NCBI RefSeq assembly: GCF_022045235.1
Contig: NW_027266319.1
Span: forward strand, 11,842,001-11,906,000
Length of the DNA stretch: 64,000 nt
From: Haliotis cracherodii
Lineage: Eukaryota
Direction: 5' to 3'
Translations under genes and position numbers: made by a program
Notes under the pieces: model-generated
What the model saw: the letters and a program-made list of their open reading frames with translations, nothing else
The model's database searches: none
Told to the model about the DNA's origin: nothing
Shown: piece by piece, positions 51,834 to 64,000 of the stretch
Numbering within the stretch: position 1 is the stretch's first letter
Layout of the letters: each line of letters begins with the position of its first letter

Positions 51834-52124
51834 TCATAGGCAACAGTGAATGTTGTTGAGATATTCTGCAGTCTTTGTCAGGTAATTTTAGTAGTTCTGC
51901 CACTAATTATTCCTGTAACAAAGTCATTAACTGAGCATCAAGTCAATGACGATAAATTCACAGATGGAGGGTTATACCATTAAACATGGCTGACAAGAAG
52001 GGAGCAGTAATTGTTATATTATATGGATTTTGCCCCAAAATAAGGGTTGTGGGTGTTGAGTATATGAACTGAATTTCATTGTTACAAAAATAATACTGAC
52101 ACATATTTTCTGTATACCCTACTG

Positions 52125-52936
52125 TTGTTAAGTAGAACTTTAGAACTACTAGTGTTTGGTAGAACTTAAGAACTACTAGTGTTTAGTAGAACATAAGAAC
52201 TACTAGTGTTAAGAAGAACTTAAGAACTACTCTAGTGTTTAGTAGAACTTTAGAACTACCAGTGTTTAGTAGAACTGCAGAACTACCAGTGATTAGTAGA
52301 ACTTTAGAACTACCAGTGTTTAGTAGAACTTTAGAACTACCAGTGTTTAGTAGAACTTTAGAACTACCAGTGTTTAGTAGAACTGCAGAACTACCAGTGT
52401 TTAGTAGAACTTTAGAACTACTAGTGTTTAGTAGAACTGCAGAACTACCAGTGTTTAGTAGAACTTTAGAACTACCAGTTTTTAGTAGAACTGCAGAACT
52501 ACCAGTGATTAGAAGAACTTTAGAACTACCAGTGTTTAGTAGAACTTAAGAACTACTAGTGTTTAGTAGAACTTTAGAACTACCAGTGTTTAGTAGAACT
52601 GCAGAACTGCCAGTGTTTAGTAGAACTGCAGAACTACTAGTGTTTAGTAGAACTTAAGAACTACCAGTGTTTAGTAGAACTTAAGAACTACTAGTGTTTA
52701 GTAGAACTACCAGTGTTTAGTAGAACTTTAGAACTACCAGTGTTTAGTAGAACTTAAGAACTACTAGTGTTTAGTAGAACTTTAGAACTACTAGTGTTAA
52801 GTAGAACTTAAGAACTACTAGTGTTTAGTAGAACTTTAGAACTACTAGTGTTAAGTAGAACTTAAGAACTACTAGTGTTTAGTAGAATGTTAGAACTACT
52901 AGTGTTTAGTAGAATGTTAGAACTACTAGAGTTTAG
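52125..52936. repeat. 27-bp minisatellite, about 30 copies
   Basis: Unit AGAACTTTAGAACTACCAGTGTTTAGT with TAA/GCA variants. Confidence 0.95.
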
Positions 52937-53531
52937 TTGTACAGCAGACAGGTAGTCAAGCACAGCAAGGTGTCAGCATGTGTAAGACAAGGTAAGATTC
53001 CCCAACTGTTCCGCCATTTGCTGCCCATCCTCAAGATTAGTATCCGCATGTCCAACAGCTGATGTAGAACTAAGCTGAACAATATTCAAATAACAAGCCA
53101 GGCAAGTGTTCCTAGAAAACACCTGTAAATGAAATGAGTATGTTTAACACGACAATTTGTCAATGGAATGGCTGGTGTGTTGGTATAAGTTTGAGTTGTA
53201 GCAGGAAGCATCTCCAGGACTGTTGACTCAGGCTTGGTGAGGGGGTGGTGCTTGAACATGCTGGAGTTTCTCGGTGATAGGTCGCTCATGTTTGTCTAGT
53301 GTCAGTAAACCTGCGTCTACGTGATAATGTATGTACCTGGTAGATAAGGTGTTTGATGTACTTAACGAGCTAAACTCTGGTGGCTTATCTGAAATGCAAT
53401 CAACTTGGTTGGCAAATTGGAATGGGGGTAATTTAGGAACATTTGGAGTGTGTGTCTGGGTTACAGTGGTAGTTTGAGGGGATTCACTGATGGGTTGGGA
53501 CGTTTTAGTGTCTTGTGGATCTATAAGCTGT

Positions 53532-53779
53532 GGGTGTTGTTGTGAAGAGAGATCTTAGCGCTAAGGTGATCGTAACTCCCATACCTTAACATAGACTTAC
53601 GACAGTCGTAGCGCTAAGGTGATCGTACCTCTCAAACCTTAACATAGATTGTAGCGTTAAGGTGATCGCAACTCCCAAACCTTAACATAGACTTACGACA
53701 GTCGTAGTGCTGAGGTGATCGTAACTCCCAAACCTTAACATAGATTGTAGCGCTAAGGTTGTTTTGTACAACAGCACCC
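53532..53779. mobile_element. MITE-like element with internal tandem expansion
   Basis: Inverted ends GGGTGTTGTTGTG / TACAACAGCACCC; four internal TAGCGCTAAGGTGATCGTAACTCCCAWACCTTAACATAGA units. Confidence 0.65.
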
Positions 53780-54355
53780 TGGTCATTATGTTACAAGAAT
53801 AAAGAAACACAATTAATGCTTGTTTGTTTTTATGTTGCCAAAAAGTCTACAGGGATTCTTTTGGTTTAAAGTGTGTTTTTGTATCCTGACTGGGTGGATC
53901 GATGTTCACAATATCAATCACTTGATTGTCTGGTTCAGACTAGTTTATTAGTTTTGGTTATTTTATCATGAAGTACAGTGTTAAACAACAAACAAAACAA
54001 CAGAAACAAAAAGAACCCTTACTCTTTGGGAACCCTCTTCTAACTTTCAACATGTCAAGTAATCACTGCTATATTTTGCACGAACCATGATATCTATCGG
54101 ACCAAGTGGTACATATGGGCTGTCACGCCAAACAACTGCAAGTCTGTACTCTATATTTATTTCCCTCAGCATATGAGAAAGATGGAAAATACAAGCACTG
54201 AACCTAATCAATGTTTAATTGATAAAATATACCATCCGGACACTGAAAACATTGATCTATTTAGGTTCTGTTGTCATTTCATTGTTCTCATGCTGTGAGT
54301 CATTTGAGGCTCCAAATGTAAAATTTTCTGACTTCATCAATTTCAATGAAGAAAG

Positions 54356-54629
54356 TGGTGAGTGAGTGAGTTCGGTTTAACGCCGCTTTTAACAGTATTC
54401 CAGTTATATCACGGCGTGTCAGCTTAATGTGGGCGGAAAGCCCGAAGTGATGCAGGTCTCAGACATTTACCACTTTGGTGAAACCCACAAGCACGGGTAT
54501 GGTGCTGACAAACCTAGAAACATAATCGGGGCGAACCGGGATTCGAACCCACAATCATAGGTTTCTGGCGTGCCTGAGGGTTGCAACTATGCACAGCGAA
54601 TTGTGGCGCCTTAGACAACTGGGCCCCCA
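54356..54629 (-). mobile_element. SINE family C
   Basis: TSD aatgaagaaag at 54345-54355 and 54630-54640. Confidence 0.9.
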
Positions 54630-55415
54630 AATGAAGAAAGAGTTGACCTTGATTTCTGAATTCAGATGCAAATTTTCATGACAGTGAGGATGTGAATCAC
54701 TGGATTGTCTGGTCCAGACTCGATTATAGAGCATTAAACAACAAACAACAAACAACACGCTGTACTGATCCCTTTCAACCTCAACAAAGACACAAAGGCC
54801 CAGCTTTAAGCTAACAAAGATCAATACGTTGCAGTTAACAAGCAGGAAATTAATCAAACCATATCCTGTGATAGGAATGTTCCTCTGCCACATGTTGCCA
54901 AATGCCTATTAATAAACGCACATAAATCATTGACATCCCCTGACAGCGATGCTATTTTTAGCCCTCCTGAAATAGTCTCCAAGTGGATTTTCCAGTCTAA
55001 TTATAGATCCAGCACAGCGGTGTCAAATCCTTTGTGACCACGTGTGAGATTTCTTTGCTGTGTCCAAGTGCTGTGTCCAGACAGCTGACTGGTATATATA
55101 TATATATATGCTGATTTGAGTGACATGCCGGGTACTTGTCCATTTCATCAGAGACATGTTTATTCATGACTCATAAATCTTTATGGGGAGCTAAGAATGT
55201 ATAAGTTTGATATGATTAGGCTGATCCCCCCCAACCCAAAGTTGCTGTCAAGGTTCATTTGGTTTAATTTCCTGAAAATATTTTAAAATTGAAATATATT
55301 CATGTTCAAAATAATCATATTTTGTTCCTATTCATATTACATGTGAGTATGTAATTAAATGGCGTCAGCAATTTATATAGAGTTTAGTGTGTGTTTAAGG
55401 ATGGCAGTTTCAACA

Positions 55416-57018
55416 GTCGTACAGCTCCCCCCACTTTGTGAAGCCGGAGCCCGCATCCCGGCTGTGTGGGAAGAATTAAACCATTTACAATAAGTGATAT
55501 AACTTTCCAGTATGTACCTGCTTTCTGTACATTTCTGGACGTGTGCAAGTCACATATATATATGTTGAATTTTAAATTCGAGCCACATCATGCATAGAGT
55601 TAAATCATTGACCTCCATACATGCTATTTCCTATCTAGTTTCGTGTATAAGATGTCTGATGTTCTGTTTCACCATCCAAGTCATCGTGGTCACATTCTTG
55701 ATGGAAAATCACCCGACTCACGCCACTATGACGTGGATGGTGAAATAGAATATCAGCTACAACGGTTGTAGAGCTTCCCCCACTTTGTGAAGCCGGAGCC
55801 AACATCCCGGCTGTGTGGGAAGAATTAAACCATTTACAATAAGTGATATAACTTTCCAGTATGTACCTGCTTTCTGTACATTTCAATTTACATATAAAGT
55901 TTGAAGTAATGGTACTAATTATTGGCTTTTGTCCACCATATCCCCCTCAGACAGCACAGGATTTTGAAAGAGTGGGGGTGATCATAATACCCAAGTCCAG
56001 TGCCTTGGCTGAGGAGGCAGTTAACATGTGAGGTGTCGGATGTGGTTTATAACTGCAAAGTGCATCCACGTCATGGCGGTATGACTCCCGTGATGTTTTG
56101 TTTGTTTAACACCGCAATCGGTAATATTCCAGCTGTATGATGGAGGTCTGTAAATAATCGAGTCTGGACCAGACAATTCAGTGATAGACATCATGAACAT
56201 GGATCCACGCACTTGGGATTGATGACATGCATCAACCAAGTCAGCAAGCCTGACCACCCGATCCCGTTTGTCGCCTCTTTCAAAAAGCACAGTCGCCTTT
56301 TGCAGCAAGCATGTGTTGCTGAAGATGTATTCTAACCCAAATCTTCACAGGTCCCGTGATGTATAGAGGTCAATGATTTAATTATCTGCATGATGTGGCT
56401 CAATTTTAAAAGTTCAACATGAGGGCCAACTGTTCCCGAGATAACTGGTGGTAACCAGCGATAACTTTCACGATCAAGGGATAACATTCATATCACGTTT
56501 GCTGAGACCTGAGATAAGCTGGAGATAACTAATGCTCTGTATGAAGATAACCTACCGTAGCAACACAAGTTCTCTTTTGGAGAAGTAGTTTTTTCTGTCA
56601 TTGTTTTAGCTAGAAACTGTTTCATCCTGTCAGTGATATAAATTCAGCCAAATATTTAAAAAATAAATAATAATGACATCTGTGACATAGGAACAAATGT
56701 ATGTCTTTATTTTCAAATGGCTGAACCATTAGTATGCTTATGTTATGAATGGTTTAAATATTTACAATCAATTCCTGATAATATTCAAATAACTAATCAC
56801 CAGAACAATTCTAGACGTGTGCAAGTCACATATGTTGAATTTTAAATTTGAGCCACATCATGCATAGAGTTAAATCATTGACCTCCATACATGCTAATTC
56901 CTCTCTAGTTTTGTGTATAAGATGTCTGATGTTCTATTTCACCATCCAAGTCATCGTGGTCACATTCTTTATGGAAAATCACCCGACTCGCGCCACTATG
57001 ACGTGGATGCAGTTATAG
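55416..57018. repeat. Mosaic of local direct and inverted duplications
   Basis: ~115-bp direct repeat (55420-55535 / 55770-55884); ~200-bp segment at 55537-55740 repeated at 56812-57010 and inverted at ~56060-56421. Confidence 0.8.
56097..56353 (-). mobile_element. Retroposon family A, full length
   Basis: TSD ccgtgatgt at 56088-56096 and 56354-56362. Confidence 0.88.
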
Positions 57019-57434
57019 AGTGGAACAGCATGCACAGTGATTGAAAACATGTGACGGGTAATCTTGTGCAATTAGAAAAACTGGGCAGTTATGTATCTAC
57101 GGCATGCCGGAGCTTGGAAAAATATAAATGTCCATGTTCAGGACAATAGGGAAAACAAGTCCAGCCCTGATCAGGTATATAGGAGAAGTGTTACACTAAC
57201 AGTGTATTGCGTCATGTTTGTACGTGCTGTAGTGGTAAATGGGTCTAGAAAGTTGGTATTGTTCTGTGAGGAAAGAGAAGCCATATGCAAAGTCTGGCTG
57301 TGGACAAAAGTTGTTTGTAATGTAGCTAGAGAAATGTATCGGTGTGGTGTGATGTGATCATGTCACCGAACAAGCCCAATCACCTCAACACAATGATGTT
57401 TATGTGACCAAGATGATGTTTTTGAATTTGTATG

Positions 57435-57608
57435 GGGTGGTAGGACAGGATAGTGGTTAAAGCGTTTGCTCGTCACACCAAAGATCTGGGTTCGATTCCC
57501 CTCATGGGTACAACATGTGTACAATGTGTGAAGCCCATTTCTGGTGTCCCCAGCTGTGATATTGCTCGAATACTGCTAAGAGCAGCATAAAACCATACTC
57601 ACTCACTC
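57435..57608 (+). mobile_element. SINE family B
   Basis: Matches the family consensus. Confidence 0.82.
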
Positions 57609-57920
57609 TAGTCATTTTGTAAACACACTTGGGGCAGTTTGTTCATGGAATGTTCATTTGATAGAAAATAAATGTAAATATTTGTAGATTGAATAGTGGT
57701 TTAATAGTGTTTTTATAAAATTCTATTTTATTTTGTATCATTTCTTTTAAACAACTGATCAAGACTTCCGTGTACAGTCGACAGATGGGATTCAGGTGAA
57801 GCATGAATGTTTGGTATGACTACATATGTGATAGTTTTTTACAAGTAAACAAAGAAGGAGACACACGCTGCAGTGTTCTGAAGTCAGGGACATGGTTTGG
57901 ACTTTGCCACTTTGGACAGT

Positions 57921-59157
57921 ATTCCAGTTATATATGAAGTGATTCCAGTTATATATGAAGTGATTCCAGTTATATATGAAGTGATTCCAGTTATATATGA
58001 AGTGATTCCAGTTAAATATGAAGTGATTCCAGTTAAATATGAAGTGATTCCAGTTATATATGAAGTGATTCCAGTTATGTATGAAGTGATTCCAGTTAAA
58101 TATGAAGTGATTCCAGTTATATATGAAGTGATTCCAGTTAAATATGAAGTGATTCCAGTTAAATATGAAGTGATTCCAGTTATATATGTAGTGATTCCAG
58201 TTATATATGAAGTGATTCCAGTTAAGTATGAAGTGATTCCAGTTATATATGAAGTGCTTCCAGTTAAATATGAAGTGATTCCAGTTATGTATGAAGTGAT
58301 TCCAGTTATATATGAAGTGATTCCAGTTATGTATGACGTGATTCCAGTTATGTATGACGTGATTCCAGTTATATATGAAGTGCTTCCAGTTAAATATGAA
58401 GTGATTCCAGTTATGTATGAAGTGATTCCAGTTAAATATGAAGTGATTCCAGTTATATATGTAGTGATTCCAGTTATATATGAAGTGATTCCAGTTATAT
58501 ATGAAGTGATTCCAGTTATATATGTAGTGATTCCAGTTATATATGAAGTGATTCCAGTTGAGTATGAAGTGATTCCAGTTATATATGAAGTGATTCCAGT
58601 TATGTATGACGTGATTCCAGTTATATATGAAGTGATTCCAGTTATGTATGAAGTGATTCCAGTTATATATGAAGTGATTCCAGTTATATATGAAGTGATT
58701 CCAGTTATATATGTAGTGATTCCAGTTATATATGAAGTGATTCCAGTTATATATGAAGTGATTCCAGTTATATATGTAGTGATTCCAGTTATATATGAAG
58801 TGATTCCAGTTAAGTATGAAGTGATTCCAGTTATATATGAAGTGATTCCAGTTATATATGAAGTGATTCCAGTTATATATGAAGTGATTCCAGTTATGTA
58901 TGAAGTGCTTCCAGTTAAATATGTAGTGATTCCAGTTATGTATGAAGTGATTCCAGTTATATATGAAGTGATTCCAGTTATATATGAAGTGATTCCAGTT
59001 ATGTATGAAGTGATTCCAGTTATGTATGAAGTGATTACAGTTATGTATGAAGTGATTACAGTTATGTATGAAGTGATTCCAGTTATGTATGAAGTGATTC
59101 CAGTTATGTATGAAGTGATTCCAGTTATATATGAAGTGATTCCAGTTATATATGAAG
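57921..59157. repeat. 21-bp minisatellite, about 59 copies
   Basis: Unit ATTCCAGTTATATATGAAGTG. Confidence 0.97.
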
Positions 59158-59160
59158 AGA

Positions 59161-59353
59161 TAGGTGACTGACGGGATCGGTAGGTCAGGCTCGCTGACTT
59201 GGTTCATGCATGTCATCGCATTACAATTGTGTGGATCGATGCTGATGATGTCAATCATTGGATTGTCTGGTCCAGACTCGATTATTTTCATATAACTGGA
59301 ATATAGTTTGAATATTGCTGAGGGTGGCGAAAAACAACAAACAAACAAACAAA
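59161..59353 (+). mobile_element. Retroposon family A, 5'-truncated
   Basis: 3' part of family A plus AAAC tail. Confidence 0.85.
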
Positions 59354-59365
59354 CCTGTTCGATGG

Positions 59366-59457
59366 TGTGTGAATTTGATTTAACACCATTTTAAACAGTA
59401 TTCCAGTTATATGTAACTGGAATACTGTTCAAAGTGGCAGTAAATCAAATTCACACA
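59366..59457. repeat. 92-bp near-perfect inverted repeat made of two SINE-tail arms
   Basis: 17-bp outer stem TGTGTGAATTTGATTTA/TAAATCAAATTCACACA and 16-bp inner stem AACAGTATTCCAGTTA/TAACTGGAATACTGTT. Confidence 0.9.
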
Positions 59458-60298
59458 TTTAGTGGTAACATTGCGTCTTGGGATATGCATTATCTCACAA
59501 CTCTTATATCTATAGCATCGTATCTCTTCCAAAGCCATCCTCTCCCCCCCCCCCCCCCATACGCATACATCATAGCCCTATCCTGAACTTGAAGCAAAGC
59601 AAACAAACAGTACATTATGAAGGTCTGGGTCATCTGATAGACCAACAGAGACTTCCCAGACCTGGTCTAGTGACCTATTGCCACACAGAGATAATGTCAT
59701 CTCCACAAGCAGTGTACAGCCAACTGTCATCCCTGCACCCTGCCTCAGCTGGAGGAACAAAATGGGGGTCATGAGACTCAATCACGCATGTCTGAATCTT
59801 TTGATGCAGATTCCTCCAAATGACATAGGGCTGCTTCAGACTCCCTTGGGTACAATACCGAAAGCCCTATTGTTTGTTATTGGGGATTTGGTGAATTGAG
59901 GAGCTCTGCGACAGCTGAAATCCCCTCTAGCGCTTTGTTAATTAACTCACCGTCAGTGTCACATGCTGGGCTCAAATATTTTTGGAAACCATGGAGAGAA
60001 TTACAGAGTTCATGCTGTTTCCGCTTTATAGTTTCTTGACAAGCTCAGCATCAAGAATTGCAGATTTTCCAAGAATAGAAAATGTTGAGGGTTGTATTGT
60101 TTGGTGCGAGACGTTCCTTTCCTTCAAGATGGTGCAGGATTGTGTGAAAGGTGAAGTGTGTCTGCTTTGCTTGTTTGTTATTTTCGTGGGTGACTAGTTG
60201 TGGTTGGTGTTTAGCTCACTGGGAATGGTCATGGCATGATACCCTGTGTGAGTTGTCATAAGAATTAAACACATCCTTCTTTGATTAAGATACGGAAA

Positions 60299-60435
60299 GG
60301 GGCGGTTGGGTAGCCTAGTGGTTAAAGCGTTCGCTTGTTACGCTGAAGACCCGGGTTCGATTCCCGACATTTCTGGTGTCCTCCGCCATGATATTGCTGG
60401 AATATTGCTAAACGCGGTGTAAAACCATACTCACT
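60299..60435 (+). mobile_element. SINE family B with internal deletion
   Basis: Matches the family consensus. Confidence 0.82.
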
Positions 60436-60889
60436 TCGAACATATGAAAAATCAGAAGGAATGGGTGCATAGTCAGAAAGAAATGCGCACATTGTAGTGT
60501 GACCATAGAGTTCTAGATCATTTTTGTCATTAAACAATATATCACGTGACTAACCACGGGTCCGGGTAGTCCTGTGGGTACCCGGGTCCTACTCATAACC
60601 CATCCGACCCAGGTACCTGAGTTACCCGTCCCAGCCCTAGTCACAGGTTGTCCTGTGGGTCCTACTCAGTACCCACCCGACCCGAGTACCCAAGTTACCC
60701 ATCCCAGCCCGAGCGGAAATGATGCTGGAAGTTGCATGTAACCATACCAACTGTCAAAAATAGCGTGAAACTGAACAGTCCATGTCATATACCTTAAGTT
60801 CAGAATGATATATTTAGGGTATACTCGATCCAAATACTATTGCAGGATACCTCAAGGGTCAAGGGCAACCCTCAGTTTCTAACAATGCA

Positions 60890-61042
60890 GGGGCGGTTGG
60901 GTAGCCTAGTGGGTAAAGTGTTCGCTTATCACACTGAAGACCTGGGTTTGATTCCCCACTTGTGTGAAGCCCATTTCAGGTGTTCCTGCCGTGATATTGC
61001 TGGAATATTGCTAAAAGCTACGTAAAACAATACTCACGCACT
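60890..61042 (+). mobile_element. SINE family B
   Basis: Matches the family consensus. Confidence 0.82.
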
Positions 61043-61451
61043 CTGACAATAAATACTTAATAAGTCTGTGCATTGATATTGAATTTACACCACTGGGAGA
61101 TTTTGTTCAGCATGAGTTGAATGAAGATGAAGTTATGTACTCAACATGATATTGTAGCCATTGAACATTGTGATCAACATGGACGGCAGATGGCTTTAGG
61201 ACGTTTTCATGATGTCATCAGCTGAGGATAGGACATTGTTGTGTAGTAATATCAAATTTGTATATCTTTAGGACATTTACGGAGAGTGGAATTTTGGTTC
61301 CATAACCAGCCATGTCATACCCAAGATGTTAAATGCCTGCATTAAGGTGATACAACCAGAACTTGTCTTTGAGTCAGTATACTGTGTCTGAGTCGGTTTT
61401 CCATGTTAAACCTCAGCATGATATGTCAGTGGGCTAGCACCTTAAAACTGG

Positions 61452-61865
61452 CATTAGTCTAGGCTAGTACAAGCAGACACACACATGTGCAGGAACCTCG
61501 GGTTATTTGTGCAATATTCTTGACCTCGATGCCAAACCCCATTTCACCACCTCACCTTTTGGACATACAGGATGACACTCAGTCGAAATGTCGAACATGA
61601 ACTCCTCTGAAAGCCTGTGAGATTGAGGAAAGAAAATGAATAACTGCATACATTAGTCTAGGCTAGTACAAGCAGACACACACATATGCAGGAACCTCGG
61701 TTTATTAGTGCAATAATTTTGACCCGCGACGTCAAACCCGCGGTCAGACCACGACCACCTCACCCTTTGGACACAGAGGATGACACTCTGTCAATATGTC
61801 GCGAAAATGAACTCCCCTGACAGCCTGTCAGAATGAGGAAAGAACATGAATGACTGCATACATTA
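61452..61865. repeat. ~200-bp tandem duplication including the 3' end of a Meta-core SINE
   Basis: Units start CATTAGTCTAGGCTAGTACAAGCAG at 61452 and 61651; CATTA microhomology at the junctions. Confidence 0.85.
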
Positions 61866-62829
61866 TGGTGTGAGATGGACAACTTTTCCCATCAATAGAT
61901 TAGATATCATTGTGTTTAGAATATGCTTTGTCTGTGGCAGGTGCAAAGCTTACACGGATATTTTGATGCCCATTAAGCCGGTGTAGTGTGACGAGTTAAC
62001 TACGCAGCAACAACATTGGGAGTCCAAGCGTATAGGGGAAGATATTCAGACTCAAATCAGGGATGGGATTAATGATTTGAAAAGATATATGATGACTAAT
62101 ATTGAGTGAGCGTGATTTGATCCTAACTTCCTCTGTACTCAAAACAGTACCTGTCCACATCATTGAAGTAGGAGGAAAATGTGTTGAATTATCTTGAACT
62201 ATTTTGAGAAGGCAAATAAAATAAATACTTGGTTCCAGCGACCAACCTTGGTTATTGCTTTGTATGGGAACCGGTACTTTTTTAAACTATTTTAGTTAGG
62301 GTTGACTATTGGTCTGGAAATCACTATTGCGATAACTATTGATATTGCAAGCAACTATTGACCTCACCTGAAGAGAGCAGTGTAACGCTATGACAACAAG
62401 GTCTTCTTTTGAAATGTATGTACAAAATGACACATTGATAGTCAAATGTTTATTGGATATTAATAGTTTTGAATGTTATCAGTTTGTATTGTCAGGCCCA
62501 CAATTTCCAATTCGGTTCAGTTTGAGGTTGGCCAGTCAACAAAGCGTGGAATAGATGAGAATAAAAGTTGAATACCTTCGCATTATTTCCAAATAATGAC
62601 CCCATGTCTCAGTGCATTCATAATGGCAGCAGTGTCAGTCATGTCAATAGAGACCAGCTTCTTTCCCATCTTTGTTACACCATGCTCGGCCACCTTGTCC
62701 CGTAGCAACACAATTTCTAATTTGCATACTCAGATTTGGCCACGCTAGTAACCGCTGCAGTCTGTGCTGCCTCTTGACCCTCACAAAGGGCCAAGTGACC
62801 CCTGTCCACATGATAGCTGACCCCCCACT

Positions 62830-63270
62830 GCATCTCCCCCAATTGAGAATCTCCCCTCCCCCTTCAAAGTCTGTTGTGCTCTCTCCCACCCTCCTCTAGA
62901 ATCTGCGCTCCCTTTTCTTGAAACCTTCCTCTCCCCGGTCAAATCTCATCTCATCCTCTGTCTAGAACATCCCCTCCCCAAGCAAAGTCTGTTAGTCTTC
63001 GTGCCATCACACCCCTTAGAATCTTGCCTCCCTCTCCTAGAATCTTGTCTCCCCATTCTAGAATCTTGGCTCCCCCTCTAGAATCTTGTTACTCCCCTTT
63101 AGAATCTTGTTTTCCCCCTTTAGAATCTTGTCTCTGTCAAATCTCATCTCATCCTTCATCCAGAACACCCCCCCCCTGCAAAGTTTTTCTCTTGCCATCG
63201 CACCCCTAGAAATGTTGGCTCCCCCCTCTTGAAAATTGTCTCTCTCTGTCAAATTTAATCATATCCCCCA
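62830..63270. repeat. Degenerate pyrimidine-rich minisatellite (~21-22 bp)
   Basis: Recurring CTAGAATCTTG...CCCC units. Confidence 0.75.
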
Positions 63271-64000
63271 TCCATGTATTTACTGTTGTGAATTCCACAG
63301 CTCTGTTTCAGTGTTACATATAAGTGTTTAATTTAGCCATGACATCAAAGCATGGAATCCCAATTTGAAGGCATAATCATTGAGGTATTAATTTGTGTGG
63401 CTGTTTGTGAAGCTCGGTGTTAGGAGATGAAAGGTAGGCTGGACAAACATGGGGATTAAGTTATGCAAGATGAAATGAGAAATGTGTAGGGTGTTTGAAC
63501 AGACGGTGTGATTGTGATCAGTTGTTTGGGAAGTGTTATTGTAATTGCATTGAAATCTCACATAAACGCTCCTAAAACAGAGGTGCTTATGAAGTTGGTA
63601 AGGTTTCTCATCCAACATAAAAGGTGACATTTTGTCACCCTGCCAGATCATTGGCATGATAATACCTTTTTTTCCAAGGAAAAATCACAAATTAAACAGT
63701 GACGAAAAGGAGTCAAGTATTTAGTATTAAACCACGGGTAGGTGAATTAGCTTATGTGAATGATGCAGTTAAGTCAAGCTTTTTGTTCGATATCTTTAAG
63801 GGGTTTTTGATTTTGATGTATAGCTCCATTTTGAAGATTATTTGTGGCTTGACAACACCATAGATAACAGTATAGTTTATCAGTTTGTCAAAATAGAGTT
63901 AGACAAATAAGAACTGTTTAGAATATTATCTAGATCAAACCAGTGGCAGCACCTCTAAGCTAGTGTTTAGTCATCCTTAGTAATCCAGAGTTTCATATAT

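Noticed and set aside
57792-59348. 518-aa (-) and 424-aa (+) ORFs
   Set aside because: Both are translations of a 21-bp minisatellite; the (-) ORF starts inside a retroposon. No independent coding evidence.
63388-63657. 89-aa (-) ORF as a LINE fragment or nested gene
   Set aside because: No diagnostic RT or endonuclease motif identified by eye.

Overview
Eukaryotic (invertebrate animal) genomic DNA, AT-rich, repeat-dense, with three assembly gaps. The SINE and MITE repertoire suggests a mollusc, possibly an abalone-like gastropod (inference). Two protein-coding genes are well supported on the + strand. One is a BTG1/2-like gene with an intronless CDS (2666-3259) and an immediate-early-type promoter. 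The other is the first six coding exons of inositol-pentakisphosphate 2-kinase (IPPK; 37725-47449), whose remaining exons were not found in the window. A possible first coding exon of a divergent gene lies at 923-1013 (-). The rest is intergenic or intronic and contains three retroposon families sharing one 3' tail, Meta-domain SINEs, TA-target MITEs, a deleted mariner, and mini/microsatellites. Main leads: (1) an abundant retroposed family with no tRNA/Pol III head, whose full-length copies start at the same point with a compact, potentially pseudoknotted RNA fold (candidate ribozyme or other functional 5' RNA module); (2) two nested inverted SINE pairs tightly flanking IPPK exons 4-6, a 306-nt stop-free in-frame unit (circRNA candidate); (3) an orphan MEF2+CRE+CArG+CRE cluster at ~30.7 kb resembling an activity-responsive enhancer; (4) a minisatellite and a hairpin apparently built from the SINE tail. 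All structure and alignment statements were made by eye.
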